A DNA stretch of 64,000 nt, from contig NW_003314346.1 in the NCBI RefSeq assembly GCF_000143415.4, positions 488,705 through 552,704 of the forward strand. Direction: 5' to 3'. The notes under the pieces are model-generated. The model ran no database searches. It was not told where the DNA came from and saw nothing but the letters and a program-made list of their open reading frames with translations. The first letter of the stretch is position 1. Every line of letters starts with the position of its first letter. Positions 35,060 through 47,093 of this stretch are shown here, in pieces. Made by a program: the position numbers and the translations under genes. The stretch comes from Selaginella moellendorffii. Lineage: Eukaryota > Plantae > Lycopodiophyta.

Positions 35060-36559
35060 TTAGCTCGCGATGGATTGCGAGCAAATGTTTGCCAATAGGA
35101 TCTGTGGCACAGCGTCGCTGGGCAGCAAATTGGTGAGCTCTCCCCACACTCGCCTTGCGCGATCCACATCCCGGTGGATCTGGCAGCCAGCCAGCAGCGC
35201 CGTCCAGGCCACCGAGTTCGCGCTCGCGATCCCGCCCGACCCAACCAGGTCCTGCGCCCGGACTAGATCCCCTGCTCGCCCCAGCGCCTGGATCATCGAC
35301 GACAGATGCTCCTCCCTGGCCGCGATCCCAAAGTCCGGGAGCATTCCCATCCCCAGCCGCAATCCCTCGCCCACCATCCCGACGTGATTGCAAGCTGCCA
35401 GGACGTGCGTGAGGCACACATCGTCGGGATCCAGCCCCTCCGCGCAGAGCATCCGGAAGAGATCGATCGCGCTCCTCGTCCGCGACTGGATCGCGATCAT
35501 CGACGTCCACGACACGAGGTCGCGCTCTGGCATGCGATCGAACACCCTGCCCGCATCGCCAATCTCTCCATTCACCGCCAGCGCCTCGAGCAGCACCGTC
35601 CACGCCGCCATCGCGTGCTCGGGCATGGCGTGGAACGCGATCTTCGCCAGATCCAGATGCCCCAGATGGGCGAATCCAATCACCATAGCCGTGCTCGTCG
35701 CGGCATTCCACTCAGGCATGGATTCCAGCACCCCACCCGCGAGCTCCATTTGGCCGCGCTGGGAATATGCCTGGAGCATCGCGGTAGAGCACACGATATC
35801 GTGCTCGGGCATGGAATCGAACACGCGCGCTGCCCGGTTGAGCTGCCCGCTCGTGGCATACATTTGGAGCATGCCCGTCCAGGATACCAGGCTCCACTCG
35901 GGCATGGCGTCGAATATGCCGCTCGCGTCTTCGAGCATATGCCCGGGCATAGTATATGCCTCGAGCATCGCGTTCCACGAGACTGTGGTGCGTTGCGGCA
36001 TCCGGTCGAAGATCCGCCGCGCATCGCCGGGATGCCCGCCGTGGGCATAGGCTTGAATCATTGCCGTCCATCCTACAACGTTGCGTTGCGGCATCTTGTC
36101 AAACATGGCCTTCGCATCGGCAAGATGCCCAGCCAGGGAATATGCCTGGAGCATCGCGGTGTAGGAGACGACGTTCCTCTCCGGCATGGAATCGAAGAGG
36201 GCTTTGGCGCCCGCGAGTTCTTCGCTCCTCGCGAACGCCGTGATCATCGTGTTGAAAGCGAAGAGATCCGGTTCGGGCATTCGATCGAAGGTGGATTTGG
36301 CGAGACCAAGATGCCCGCTCAAGGCATACGCTCGTAGCATCGCGGTCCAAGCACAAACATCCGGCTCCACGGCGCTCTCTAGCGCTCTTCGTGCCTCCTC
36401 CAGGCTCCCAAATCGGCCATACATTCTCACCAACGAGTTCCAATCCACTGGATTCCCACTCGCGACCATTTTCCTGTGGATCTCGCGCCCTGTTGAGAGA
36501 TCTACGCATCGCTGGAGCTGGCCCTGGAAGGAGAGGGATTCCATCATCGCCGACGCCAT
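35060..36559 (-). CDS. Pentatricopeptide repeat protein, PLS class with E domain
   Basis: Tandem 31-aa FD.MPE..VSW repeats; LAACNHVG...EHLSSMIQALGRAG...WTALLAGCQIH; intronless. Confidence 0.92.
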   Translation of the reverse strand: MASAMMESLSFQGQLQRCVDLSTGREIHRKMVASGNPVDWNSLVRMYGRFGSLEEARRALESAVEPDVCAWTAMLRAYALSGHLGLAKSTFDRMPEPDLFAFNTMITAFARSEELAGAKALFDSMPERNVVSYTAMLQAYSLAGHLADAKAMFDKMPQRNVVGWTAMIQAYAHGGHPGDARRIFDRMPQRTTVSWNAMLEAYTMPGHMLEDASGIFDAMPEWSLVSWTGMLQMYATSGQLNRAARVFDSMPEHDIVCSTAMLQAYSQRGQMELAGGVLESMPEWNAATSTAMVIGFAHLGHLDLAKIAFHAMPEHAMAAWTVLLEALAVNGEIGDAGRVFDRMPERDLVSWTSMIAIQSRTRSAIDLFRMLCAEGLDPDDVCLTHVLAACNHVGMVGEGLRLGMGMLPDFGIAAREEHLSSMIQALGRAGDLVRAQDLVGSGGIASANSVAWTALLAGCQIHRDVDRARRVWGELTNLLPSDAVPQILLANICSQSIAS

Positions 36560-36601
36560 TCTTCCTCTTCTTCTTCCTCTTGCATCATTCTAAGCTAAAA
36601 T

Positions 36602-36919
36602 CTAGCTGAGCAGTGAGATCCCATTCTTGCGGAGAGTGTCCGTGATGACCTTGATGTGGCTATGGAACTTGGGCGCCTTCTCCGCGATCTCGGCCTCCAT
36701 GTTAAACCTCGCCCTGAGCATCTGCTTCTTCCTCATCCTCTCCGCCAGCGTGAATCCAACCAGCTCCGCCGCCTGGAGGCTGTTCGTCTTGGGCATCCGA
36801 TCGCGCAGCGCCGCCTCCACCGACGACGCCTCGGCATGCTGCGTTGTCTTGCGATTCCCCACAAACGCGATGATGTACTTGTTGTGGAAGCGCAGCCGCA
36901 AGAACTGCAGGATCGCCAT
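36602..36919 (-). CDS. uL18-like (ribosomal L18p/L5e family) organellar protein, paralog a
   Basis: LRLRFHNKYIIAFV...ASSVE...AAELVGFTLAER; ATG 36919. Confidence 0.72.
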   Translation of the reverse strand: MAILQFLRLRFHNKYIIAFVGNRKTTQHAEASSVEAALRDRMPKTNSLQAAELVGFTLAERMRKKQMLRARFNMEAEIAEKAPKFHSHIKVITDTLRKNGISLLS

Positions 36920-36971
36920 AGCCGCCAAGAACCCTAAACCCCTCCCTTCCCGATCCATCCAATCTATCCTG

Positions 36972-37283
36972 TCAGTAGAGCGTGATGCCGTTCTGGCTGA
37001 GCGCGACCGCGATGGTGGTGATGTAGTCGTGGTATCTGGGATCCTTGTCCGCGAACTCGCGCTTCATGTCAAACTTGGCCTTGTGGAGGCATTTGGCCTT
37101 CATCCTCTCCGCCAGCGCCCTGCCAACGAGCTCCGCTGAATCCAAGCTCATCCGCTGCTTCTTCTTGTCCTGGAGGAGCGATTCGCTGCTCGTCGCCATC
37201 ACCACCTTGCGCACTCGCGCGCTGCTGATGAACGCCGCCATGTAGTAGCGCTCGAAGCGCAGCCTGAGATGATAGCACACCAT
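36972..37283 (-). CDS. uL18-like organellar protein, paralog b
   Basis: LRLRFERYYMAAFI...ATSSE...SAELVGRALAERMK; colinear with paralog a. Confidence 0.72.
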   Translation of the reverse strand: MVCYHLRLRFERYYMAAFISSARVRKVVMATSSESLLQDKKKQRMSLDSAELVGRALAERMKAKCLHKAKFDMKREFADKDPRYHDYITTIAVALSQNGITLY

Positions 37284-37552
37284 TGTTCCACCACTTTGTG
37301 AGAAAGAAAAACCTTCGCCCTTTTCTACCCAAGATCTAAGAAGATCTAAAGAAGATCTAAGAGAAGATCTGAGAACACTGCCCAAGAACTAGACGAGAGA
37401 AGGAACTTCTGAGCGCAGCATAGCAAGAATGATAGATACAAAGCTATACAAAAATTCCCAGACCAGCCCAGGCCCCCCTTATTGCGTTGTGACACACCTC
37501 AATCGCGGAGAATACATACCAGGGAGTGGAGTGAAATCGATCGATCCGCGCG

Positions 37553-38456
37553 TCAGCTCTTCGTTTTCGAGTGCTTGACGAGCCACTCGATGACTACTTC
37601 GATGTTGGTGGAGTTCTTGCACGAGATCATGTAGCAAGAAACCTCCCTGTCCGCCAGAGATTGCAAGCTCCTGCAAGAGAAAGAAGCCGTAAGAACAATC
37701 GTCTAGAAAAAAGAGGAACTTTGCTGCTGGCTTACTCACATTTGATCGATCAAAGCCTGCTTGGAGAGATGATCCGGCTTATCAATCTTGTTACCGAGAA
37801 CTAGCACTGGTACTCCGGCTAGCGATGGCTTTCCCAGTAGATCATGGAGCTCGTCCCTGGAAATCGCGACGTTCTCTCTATCAGAAGCATCCACAACGTA
37901 GCTGGAAAACCAAAGAAAGTTTTTTTTTTCGTGCGTTCGTTAGTCGTCGCAAGTTGGCGGCTCGAGAAGTTCTTACACGATAGCTGAAACTCCGCGGCAA
38001 TAGCGCTCCCACATACTCCGGAAGCGTGGTTGTCCGCCCAGATCCCACAGCTTGATCGTCACATTGCCTTTGGTCACTTTTCTCATGTTGAATCCCACCT
38101 GCGAGAGATCCTCAGGTCAGGCATGGAGGAGAAAAGGATGGATCGATCGACAGAATTCCTACCGTTGGAATCATGTCCTCGTTGAATCCACCAGTCTGCA
38201 ATGGAGGAGCTAGAAAAGATCAGCCAAGAAAGACTCTCTGCGCATTCGCGAATTTTCCATACCGCAATCACATTCACCAGCGACGTCTTGCCAGCGTTTT
38301 GGAGTCCAATCAGCGAGAGCTCCATTTCTTGCGTGAAGAACAAACTAAGAGAGAGCGAGAGACAGAGAGCTCAATCACCAGAGCTGGGAAGAAATCCATG
38401 GATGATTCGTGCTCTTACCTGCGAAGCCAATTGAGGAAGGCGTCCCACAGCCCCAT
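37553..38456 (-). CDS. ARL8: ADP-ribosylation factor-like 8 small GTPase (multi-exon)
   Basis: [12 protein letters not shown] / [17 protein letters not shown] / [33 protein letters not shown] / LGNKID / ISCKNSTNI. Confidence 0.95.
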
Positions 38457-38728
38457 CGCCGCGCCCTGCCAAATGCCCTACCAGACTACACCATGCGCGC
38501 AAAAACCTAGTATCCCTAATTTGCCTCTCTTCTTTTCACTTGTGAAAGGTCACACTTCATCGTCCACCATAGCCTCAAGCTCCACTCAACCACGGCCGTG
38601 GATCTCGCCAGTGCCGTACGCCATACCGTACCACAGCTGTCCTCCAGCGCGACGCAATGTGCTGGAACAGCGGTGAACGTCCGATTCTCCGCCATCCAAC
38701 GGGCGCGCTTTCTTTGTTTTTGATTCTT

Positions 38729-40603
38729 CTAAGTCTTGGAGCGCTTGTTCTTGCTGCCGCTACGTTGGTGATCCTCCCTTCCTCTTCCTCTTTTGTTTGA
38801 TCGTGGGTTCCCCATCTTGTTCTTGGAGCCTCTACGTTGATGATCCTCCCTTTCTCTTTCTCGTTTGTTTGATCGTGGTTTCCCCGTCGCGAACTTCCCC
38901 ATCTTCGGGAACTGGTTAACCTTTGCTCGTCCAACTTTGAATCCGCGCTTAAATCCACGCTTTTGCGCTGCTCCGGTCGTAAAGTCTGGCACAAAAAGCA
39001 AGAAAAACTCCATCAGAAACAAGGAACTTGTCGCAACAAAGTAAAGTTTCGTTTACCTTCGCCAGGTTCTTCACCGACTTCCTGGCGATAATAATCGGCA
39101 TCGTCGTCCTCTTCCTCCTCCTCGTGTTGTTCCTCACCATCCATGTCCACGTCCATATCATCGACTGGCTCCTCCTTCTTTTTCTTGTTCTTCTTCTTGT
39201 TTTCTTCTCTCAAAAGCCTGACAGGCAGATCAGAGAGCTGAGCCAAAGAGAAACAAAGAGGAACAACGCTCACTCTTTCCGTCGAACGTTCGCTTCCTGT
39301 TCTGCCTTTCTTTGCTTCCGTAATGCCTCCCGCTTCTCGAAAGTTTCTTTCAGTTCTGCTACTTCTTCCGCGGTTTTTTTAACTGAAAAGAAACGAAAAA
39401 CAGCTCGTCGTCAGCAAGCTGCTTCCACACGCAGTGCATGAAAACATACCATACTCGTGGAACATGACCGCTCCTGAACAAAGCCCCTCCTCGACTTTCA
39501 CGAGCTGCAGCGTCATTCTAGGCCCGATCTCATGGAGCTTGACAGCACTCTGTTGTGATGCCGGATTTCCTCGTCCATAATCTTGTGGCAGCGTCACCCT
39601 TGAGGATTCATTCTCAGCTTCGCTCTCAGACCCATATCCGGATCTACGAACAAGAAGAAAAGGCCGTGAGAAACAATGACACTGTTGCTTGGCTAGAGAG
39701 GCATACTTGGTAACAAACTCGCTCACGTCGTTGAGCGTCCTGAGATCTGGAATTTTGGTACGTTGGACAAGCTTACGAATTCCACGAGAAACCCCGACGG
39801 GCTGTGCGCTGATCGCATAGTGGCGAAAGTCGATCACCTTTGTGTCTTTGTCATAGTTCAAGAGGAGAACCCTTTGACAAAGCGAAAGTTTCACCTGAAA
39901 ATCAACTATAAATCGACGTGAGCTTGTGATGCAGCTCTACCTTTTTCACATCGATAACTGGGAAAATGTTTTGGAACATAATTGTCACAAGCTTCAAGTG
40001 AGCTTCAGCAGGATTGAATCCGTTAAGAACAACCTGAGCAGAAGGACGAGTCATAACGATCGTCTTTGCAAAAAACAAGTTTTTTTTACCAAAGGTGGAT
40101 TTTTGAAGATTGATGGTGGTGCTCGGTACCTTAGAAGAGCACGAGCAACGTCCGCGGCCAGGCAGAAATCATGAACCTTGAAGGTCATGGTCGGGCCGTG
40201 AGGACTTCGGGCAACTTTCATGTAAGGAGCGTTCTTCGTGTTGGACAGGATCACAAAATGCGAAACACCCAAAGGACCAGCGACGTGAACAAAGTCCTTA
40301 AGCGTGTTCTTCCCAGATTCCTAAAGAGAGAGGTCACTCGCATTTCCTCTGGAAAATCTGCCCGGGCTTACCTTGAGATGCAATGCAGTGTGAGGAAGCA
40401 TCAGCTTGCGCAAATCCTGCTCCAAATTCCGGAGAAGCACCGGCAGTTTCCCTCTGCCAATGACAAAGCTCCTGGGAATCTTCTCGCCCGTCTCATGGCT
40501 CGGCGCTAACTCCTTGTGCGTGTGCTTCTTCCTCTGCAACAACAAGCAATGAATCGATCCAGAAGAACGAAGATCCAAGACGCACCCTTCGCGTGTGTCC
40601 CAT
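38729..40603 (-). CDS. PPAN: Peter Pan / Ssf1-like Brix-domain ribosome biogenesis protein (multi-exon)
   Basis: KIPRSFVIGRGK...DLRKLMLPHTALHLK; GVSHFVILS...PHGPTMTF; SAVKLHEIGPRMTLQLVKVEEGLCSG; acidic and basic tail. Confidence 0.92.
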
Positions 40604-40693
40604 TGAAGAACCCTAGCCTAGGGTTTTACGGCACCCAAGAATATTCTATTTGGTGTAAGAAAATGGTATATTCACAGAGCTTTGGTAGCATAT

Positions 40694-41892
40694 TCACATA
40701 AATGAGAGCTTGAAAAGGATAGCTAATGTTGCACCCGCCGCGATGTTTAATACATTGACAATGTCGTTGTTTAGCTACACAAGAACACAAGGGAGATGGT
40801 ACTTTAGTTAGAACGAATAGTAAGAAAAAATTCGTGGATTTACCCATTCGAATCCAGGCTTGCCTTGTAACGTAGCTCCCAGATAGCTCTCGAAAAAATT
40901 GGCAACTTGCGAAGATATCACACAGATCACCGCTCCGGAAAAATCCACCTAGCGCAAGAACACGATCGAAGATCACGATCAAGCGATCTGGAAACGATTT
41001 ATCCAAACCTCATGCAAGCTCCAGGCAGCGGACGCTAGGAGGATCGAAGCAACGAGTCCAGCGGCAGTGCCTTCCAAACTCACTGCTCCCTCGGTTCCTC
41101 GCGGAACGATCGAGAAGTTCGTCACGAGGTACCTGAGAATGAGAAAGATGATCACGACAAAGAAGAACTCGAAAGAACTCGCTCACGTTGTCTTGCCGTA
41201 AGCTTTGCCGATCTCGCTGGAGATGGTGTCGCTGAGCTTGGTGGAGAAGCTGGCGACGAAGGCGAGCTTCCAGAGCGGGAGGAAATCGCTTCCACCGATC
41301 CCAGAGGCGGCGGCCAGCGCGCACACAATGCCGGCGCTCCCAGATCCCCACACGCTCGCTGGCCCGCGCTTGCCACTCCGCTTCTCCGCGATCCCCTCGG
41401 CCTCCTTTTGCTTGATCTTCACCTTGGTCGCTCCAGTTCCCTGCAAGAACGAAGAAACCTCTCGAAACTTTTTCCCCAAGAAATCTGGCGATGGATCGAG
41501 AGACTCACCAGGCAAAAGTAGATCGCGGCGACGAGCAAGCCTTGTCCGCCAAACGCCCTCCACAGCACCAATCCCAGGATGTAAGCATTGCCGACGCCCG
41601 GCCAGGTGAGGCCAGCCCTAAGCAGCGGGAATCCCAGCGCGAAGATCACACCATTGGCGACCATGGCAGCTCCCCACGACGCGGGATCCTCGGAGAATGC
41701 CCAGCGCACCACTTCGATCGCGCTCCTGGCCTCCTCCATACTCGCCCTCACGCTTACCGTCGATCTCCTCCTCGATCTCCTAAATCTGGGCTGCGAGGAG
41801 CTAGATCTGTGCGCGATCTTGCTGCCGCATTGCGATGGAACCAGGCATAGCGGAGGCCACCGCGCCACGCTCATCGCCTGCCCTAAATCCAT
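40694..41892 (-). CDS. VTE6: DUF92 protein, phytyl-phosphate kinase-like, plastid-targeted (multi-exon)
   Basis: GIAEKRSGKRGPASVWGS; KLSDTISSEIGKAYGKTT; VPRGTEGAVSLEGT; ANFFESYLGATLQ; NNDIVNVLN; Arg/Ser-rich transit-like N-terminus. Confidence 0.88.
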
Positions 41893-41942
41893 GCTTTTAG
41901 GGGAGGGCAATCCATCGATCGATCCATCATGGGCGCCCCGCG

Positions 41943-43898
41943 ATGAATCGCCAGCAATGGCTGGATCGCATCAAGGCCTCGAGCAGGAGCGCGCCGCGAT
42001 GTGGCGAGATCTTGAGCCTGCTGATCCAGGAGCAAGAGCAAGAAAAGCAAGATTTGCCCGTGTGGAACAAGCTGATCGAGACGCTTGGGCGATTGGGGAA
42101 CATCACGCAGGCGAGGCGCGCATTCGATGCCATTGCCGCCAAGGATGCCTTCTCGTGGGTGATCATGCTCTCGGTCTACTCGCGGAATGGGCAAGTGGAA
42201 GAGGCCAGGAAGATCTTCGACGCCATGCCCGGCAAGAACACCGTGGCTCTCAATGCGATGCTGGCGGCGTATGCCAGGAATGGTCTCGTCGGGGACGCTA
42301 AGAAGTTCTTCGATTCCTCCATTACTAATGGGAACCTCATCGCCTGGAACACTCTTCTCGCGGCATATGCCCAAAACGGGCACCTGGATCGAGCAAAGAC
42401 GATCTTTGATTCCATGCCCGCGCATGATCTTTGCTCCAGCACTGCGATGGTTGATGCCTTTGGGGAGATTGGCCTCCTGGGCGATGCTAGAAGAGTGTTT
42501 GATGGAATGAAGCTTCGAGATCTCGTGACTTGGAATGCTATGATCTCTGCGCTTGCCCGGAGCGGGCATTTCGAGGAGTGTCGAGAGCTGTTTGATAAGC
42601 TTCCTTTGCAGAGCTTGGTATCTTTCACTGCTGTGCTGGGAACTTTTGCGCAACAAGGGGATTTGGAGGTTGCAAAGATTCTTTTCGACGAAATGCCCGA
42701 ATGGGATCTTGTGTCGTGGAACGCCATGATTTCACTGTATGCCCAAAGCGGGCATTTTGACAGAGCAAAGGAGATGTTTGATCTGATGCCCAAGAGGGAT
42801 GTTTTCACCTGGACGGCAATGCTTGTCGCTACAATCACTTCTCAGGGCTTGCGAGAGGCAAAGCTTTTGTTTGATCGAATGCCAGAGAGAAGTATAGTCT
42901 CTTCGACTGCGCTTCTTGCCGCATATGCCCAGAGAGGGCATCTCCAAGAATCCAGAGACCTGTACCGCTCGATGCCCGAGAAAGATCTCTACTCCGCCAC
43001 CGCAATGCTGGGCGTTCTTGCGCAGCACAGCCTGGTCGGAGAGGCGCAAGGGATTTACGAGAGCATGCCCGAGTGTGATCTCATCTCATCCACGGCAATG
43101 CTGGTTGCGAATTCCACCCAATCTGTCGATTCCGCGAAAGCAATGCTAGAATCCCTGCCGGACAAGCTCGATCCCACCGCCTGGAACGCGATCATCTCCG
43201 CCCTAGCCCACAGCGCGCACGGGCTGGAAGAAGCTCGGGCGCTGTTCGATTCCATGCCCCAACGAGATGGCGCTTCGTGGAGCGCGATGCTAGAGGCATA
43301 TGCCCGGCATGGGTATCTTTCCCTGGCTCGGGAGATATTCCAGGGCATCCCACAGCGCGACGACTTCGCGTGGAACTCGATGCTGGCGGCATATTCCCGG
43401 AACGGGTATCTTGCCGAGGCATATGCGGTGTTCGATTCCATGCCCCGCCAGGACTTCGTCGCGTGGAGCTCGATGCTCGCGGCATATTCCTTGAATGGGC
43501 ATCCTTTGCAGGCATTGGACGTTTTCGACGAGATGAAGGCCAGCGAGTTTCCCGACGAGGTGTGCTTCGTGCTCGTGCTACTTTCGTGTAGCCATGCCGG
43601 GAAAGTCTACGACAGCGGCAGGAACTTCGTGTCGATGGCTATGGATTTCGGGATTCAGCCGACAAGGCAGCACTACTGCTGCATGGTCGACTCGCTCGCT
43701 CGATCCGGATTCGTGCGAGAGGCTCGGGAGCTTGTCGGGAGCATGCCATTTGTTCCAGACTCGGTGGAGTGGACGGCGCTGCTGGGGAGTTGCAAGAACC
43801 ACGAAGAACACCGGGATGGAGCTCTGGCGGCCAAGTCGGCCCTTAACTCGGCTCCGGGAGACTCGTCTTCGTATCTGCTGCTTGCGAGCTTTGTGTGA
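41943..43898 (+). CDS. Pentatricopeptide repeat protein, PLS class with E domain
   Basis: 651 aa, tandem S-type repeats, CSHAG...QHYCCMVDSLARSG...MPFVPD. Confidence 0.93.
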   Translation: MNRQQWLDRIKASSRSAPRCGEILSLLIQEQEQEKQDLPVWNKLIETLGRLGNITQARRAFDAIAAKDAFSWVIMLSVYSRNGQVEEARKIFDAMPGKNTVALNAMLAAYARNGLVGDAKKFFDSSITNGNLIAWNTLLAAYAQNGHLDRAKTIFDSMPAHDLCSSTAMVDAFGEIGLLGDARRVFDGMKLRDLVTWNAMISALARSGHFEECRELFDKLPLQSLVSFTAVLGTFAQQGDLEVAKILFDEMPEWDLVSWNAMISLYAQSGHFDRAKEMFDLMPKRDVFTWTAMLVATITSQGLREAKLLFDRMPERSIVSSTALLAAYAQRGHLQESRDLYRSMPEKDLYSATAMLGVLAQHSLVGEAQGIYESMPECDLISSTAMLVANSTQSVDSAKAMLESLPDKLDPTAWNAIISALAHSAHGLEEARALFDSMPQRDGASWSAMLEAYARHGYLSLAREIFQGIPQRDDFAWNSMLAAYSRNGYLAEAYAVFDSMPRQDFVAWSSMLAAYSLNGHPLQALDVFDEMKASEFPDEVCFVLVLLSCSHAGKVYDSGRNFVSMAMDFGIQPTRQHYCCMVDSLARSGFVREARELVGSMPFVPDSVEWTALLGSCKNHEEHRDGALAAKSALNSAPGDSSSYLLLASFV

Positions 43899-44002
43899 TC
43901 ACGATGAACGAGGCTAGATCATCTGCACCGAGGAAAAAGAAAAGTCACTACTATACAAAACAAGACCCACCACTGTACACCAAGAATCGCCCAGCTGTGG
44001 AG

Positions 44003-46363
44003 CTATGGAGGATGCTGTTGTCGCCAAACACGTCGGTTACCTGGTCTAGTGGGAAACTTGAAAGCCGGTCTGGTTAACTGAGTCATCTGTAAGGTGTCCT
44101 CCGCAAAGACCACGTCTGGCTTCGGTGGTGCCCGGCTCCGGCAAGGCTGTTCCAACGTTGTGGTAGCGGTCGTGGTGGCTCTCACATTTTCGGCGGCCTG
44201 TTCTTCAGGAACTTCCAACGTTCGAAGCCACGCAAGGCACTCCTGGTCTCGCTGCGATCGAATTTCCAGCATCCGTTGCTTGTTCTTGCCCATTGAGTTG
44301 AAGTAGCTGCTGGAGCTTGTGCTCGTCTCGTTGCTTCTAAGTTGCTGCCGCCTGTCGCCCAAGCTTGTGCTTGGCCGCTTGTCGTTGTAGCTCTGGACGG
44401 TGACTTCCATCTCTTCTGTGACTGTCTCCAGCTTTCTGGATTCGTTCTTCACACGATGGATCTCTCGGTCTGATGATGGAGCAGCGGCAGGAGATACTGC
44501 TGGTGGTGAAGCTTGTGCAGCTATTGTTGCTGTCGCAACAGGAGGAGCTACCGCTGGTGGTGGTGGTGCTGCTGCTACTGTTGCCACTGGTGCTGGTGGC
44601 GGTGGTGCTGCTGCTGCTTCTGCCGCTAGTGCTGCTGGTGGTGGTGGTCCTGGAGCTGAAGGAAAACTTTCATTTGGCTGAGGCAAACTCGCAGGCACTG
44701 AAGCCTCGGAAGTGAAAGCCAGACGCGACGGTGGTCTTGAATAAGGTTCTGGTGACGGTGAACCTCTAGTCTTCTTTTTCGATGCCTTCGAAGACTTCGA
44801 AGACTTCTTGGAGGACTTTGAGGACTTGGACGACTTGGACGCTACCTCCGGCGGCACTGGAACAACAGTATTTGGTTTGGGCTTCTCACATACATCCGAG
44901 GCCGAGAGCTTTCCAAGGTTGAGTTTTGGCACCACCGGGCTGGCGCTCCGGCATCTTGGAACAGCTGCTGGCTTGGCTGAGTGAGAAGATGTCTGGCACC
45001 CTTGATCCACCGCGACCTGAGTAACCGCGTCACCAGCACCTTCACTTCTATACACAACGTTGTAGTAAGGATCATCTGCTCCTCCACCTCTCAGCTTAAG
45101 TCCAGGTATAGGAACACCTTTTCTAGCGAGTTCCATCAGCTGCTTCTCCGTCCTTGTTATCAATGCTGACAAAGTGAGCGTTCTCCTTTCTACCTTCTCC
45201 TTGCTGGCTTTCTCCATATCGACCAGTTTTTCGAGGCAACTCTTGTGCTCCATAATTCTGTCATAAAGCCTGGTCATTTCTTTTGCCTCTTGCGTTGCCG
45301 ATTCTGCTGCCTGCTTGCTTGCATCCATGTCCTCGTTGGCTTTTGTGACAGAGCCTTGTAGAGCCTACAGAATCAAGAACTTTACACTCCTAAAGACAGG
45401 AAGGTCGAATACCTGGATGGAGGCATGAAGCCGCTCGTTTGCAAGTTCGAGTATCTTGTTCTTGTCTTTCATGTAATTGATCTCCTTGTTTTCTTTGCTC
45501 AGTCGTTGCTGTGACTTCTTGAGATGCTTGATTACCTCCTGCAATCTTCCCATTTCCCCGGCAAAGACATCTCTTTCAATTTGGATCTCCTGAAACGAGA
45601 ACAGCAATTTCTAAAGAGTTAAATTAATAAACCTGAAGCTGAAAAGCTCACTGACTTTTGAATTGGTCACGCGTAAGTCTCGTTCAAGCTGGTATATCTC
45701 GTCCTCCTGCGAGCTACAGAGAGCTTCAAACTTTGCCATCTTCAATCTAAGGCCTACAGAGATTATAAAAAGTAAATGCTGAATGCTTGGAACAATTCAG
45801 TTGTAGAACGTACCCTGAACAATAGCACGCAACCTCGTTGGAGCACCAGTCCGAGGACCCTTTATCCCCAGCTTCTCCAAACTATCCACGTTTTTCTCCA
45901 ATCTCCTGTAATACAGAATGTCCACTGAAACCAATAAAGCCTTGAATCACCAACAAGGAAAATAGAACGCTTCTAGCAAAGAGAAAATAGAGCACCTGTT
46001 TTGAAGCCTCAGCCTGGACGCGTACACCTTTTGCTTCTTGATGAGAGCGTTTCGATCGTTTATCGCTTGAGAGAGCTTCATTATCTCCTCGTAAAGAGAC
46101 TCCATGTCGCGCTCCTTGAGAATTTTCATCTTTGGCAGCGGACAAGGCGCGATGAAGGGCGTGGGAGGCCTTGAGGCGCCTCCCCTGGACATGCCACTTT
46201 GCGGTGTTCTAGCCCTGGTACCCAAGCTTCCGGCGGTCACAGGCCTTGGAGGCATGTCCTCGATTTCCCCAGGACCCCATTCCTGGAAAACAAAATCATC
46301 TTCTTCATCGTCGTCCTCAATGCTGGACGACCACACTGGACTGGTGCTCGTTGGCCTCGCCAT
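44003..46363 (-). CDS. Multi-exon coiled-coil protein with Pro/Ala/Ser-rich C-terminal half; function unknown
   Basis: ORF pieces 45947..46363, 45365..45607 and 44003..45328 are separated by short introns with splice sites; helical heptad-like segments. Confidence 0.7.
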
Positions 46364-47093
46364 GGCGAAAACACCCGCTTTAGATCAATCGATTCCCCAC
46401 ATGCCTGTCTTGTTCCGATCGCTGGCAGAATCCTCTTTCCCGGCCATCGATTCCTCACTGCGATATTTCGATCGATTCCCCATTCCTGGCTCCCCAGACA
46501 CTAGGTCTACGCCCACGCCCTAGACCTCCGCCAGCTGGATCGAGCCTGAGCTGGAACAAACGAATGGGATTACCTTCGCAGCTTCGCGACCGCGATCGAT
46601 CGCCATCCTCGCCGCCAACGAAGAACACAGCGCCGCCCGCCACGCTTCCAACGCAGCGCCAAAGTTAGGAGGTTAGAACTCCCGCGTATTTAACCGCATT
46701 CTACACAATTCAAATCTGGCCGCACGATGGCCGCGACCAACGGTCAAGATTGTACGAATTCTTGATCTTTGATTAATGCTTTACCCATAACCAAATTAAA
46801 AATCCTACCAGCAAGGCGTCTATGTCACCAGCTCGGTGGCAGGCATCTCCAAAAGATGCCTGTATATACTGTCAGCATGGCCGCCTGGATCGCTATTAGA
46901 TTATTCGCGTCCGTGTTCCTTGCTTGATATGAAGAATTTCATAAATTTCTTCTATTGGGCGCGCAAATTTGAATTTGAATGGATGAGATGTTGAAGGGTA
47001 TATAGGGCTAGGGTTCTAGGAGGGGCAATGCGCATTGGAGGGAGCTAAATCTTGTGACAAGAATCGAGCGCGTCGGTGGTTGATCAGTCAAGC

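Noticed and set aside
34890-36593. Long antisense/alternate-frame ORFs over the PPR gene (likewise over RDR and the P450s)
   Set aside because: Expected shadows of GC-rich coding sequence
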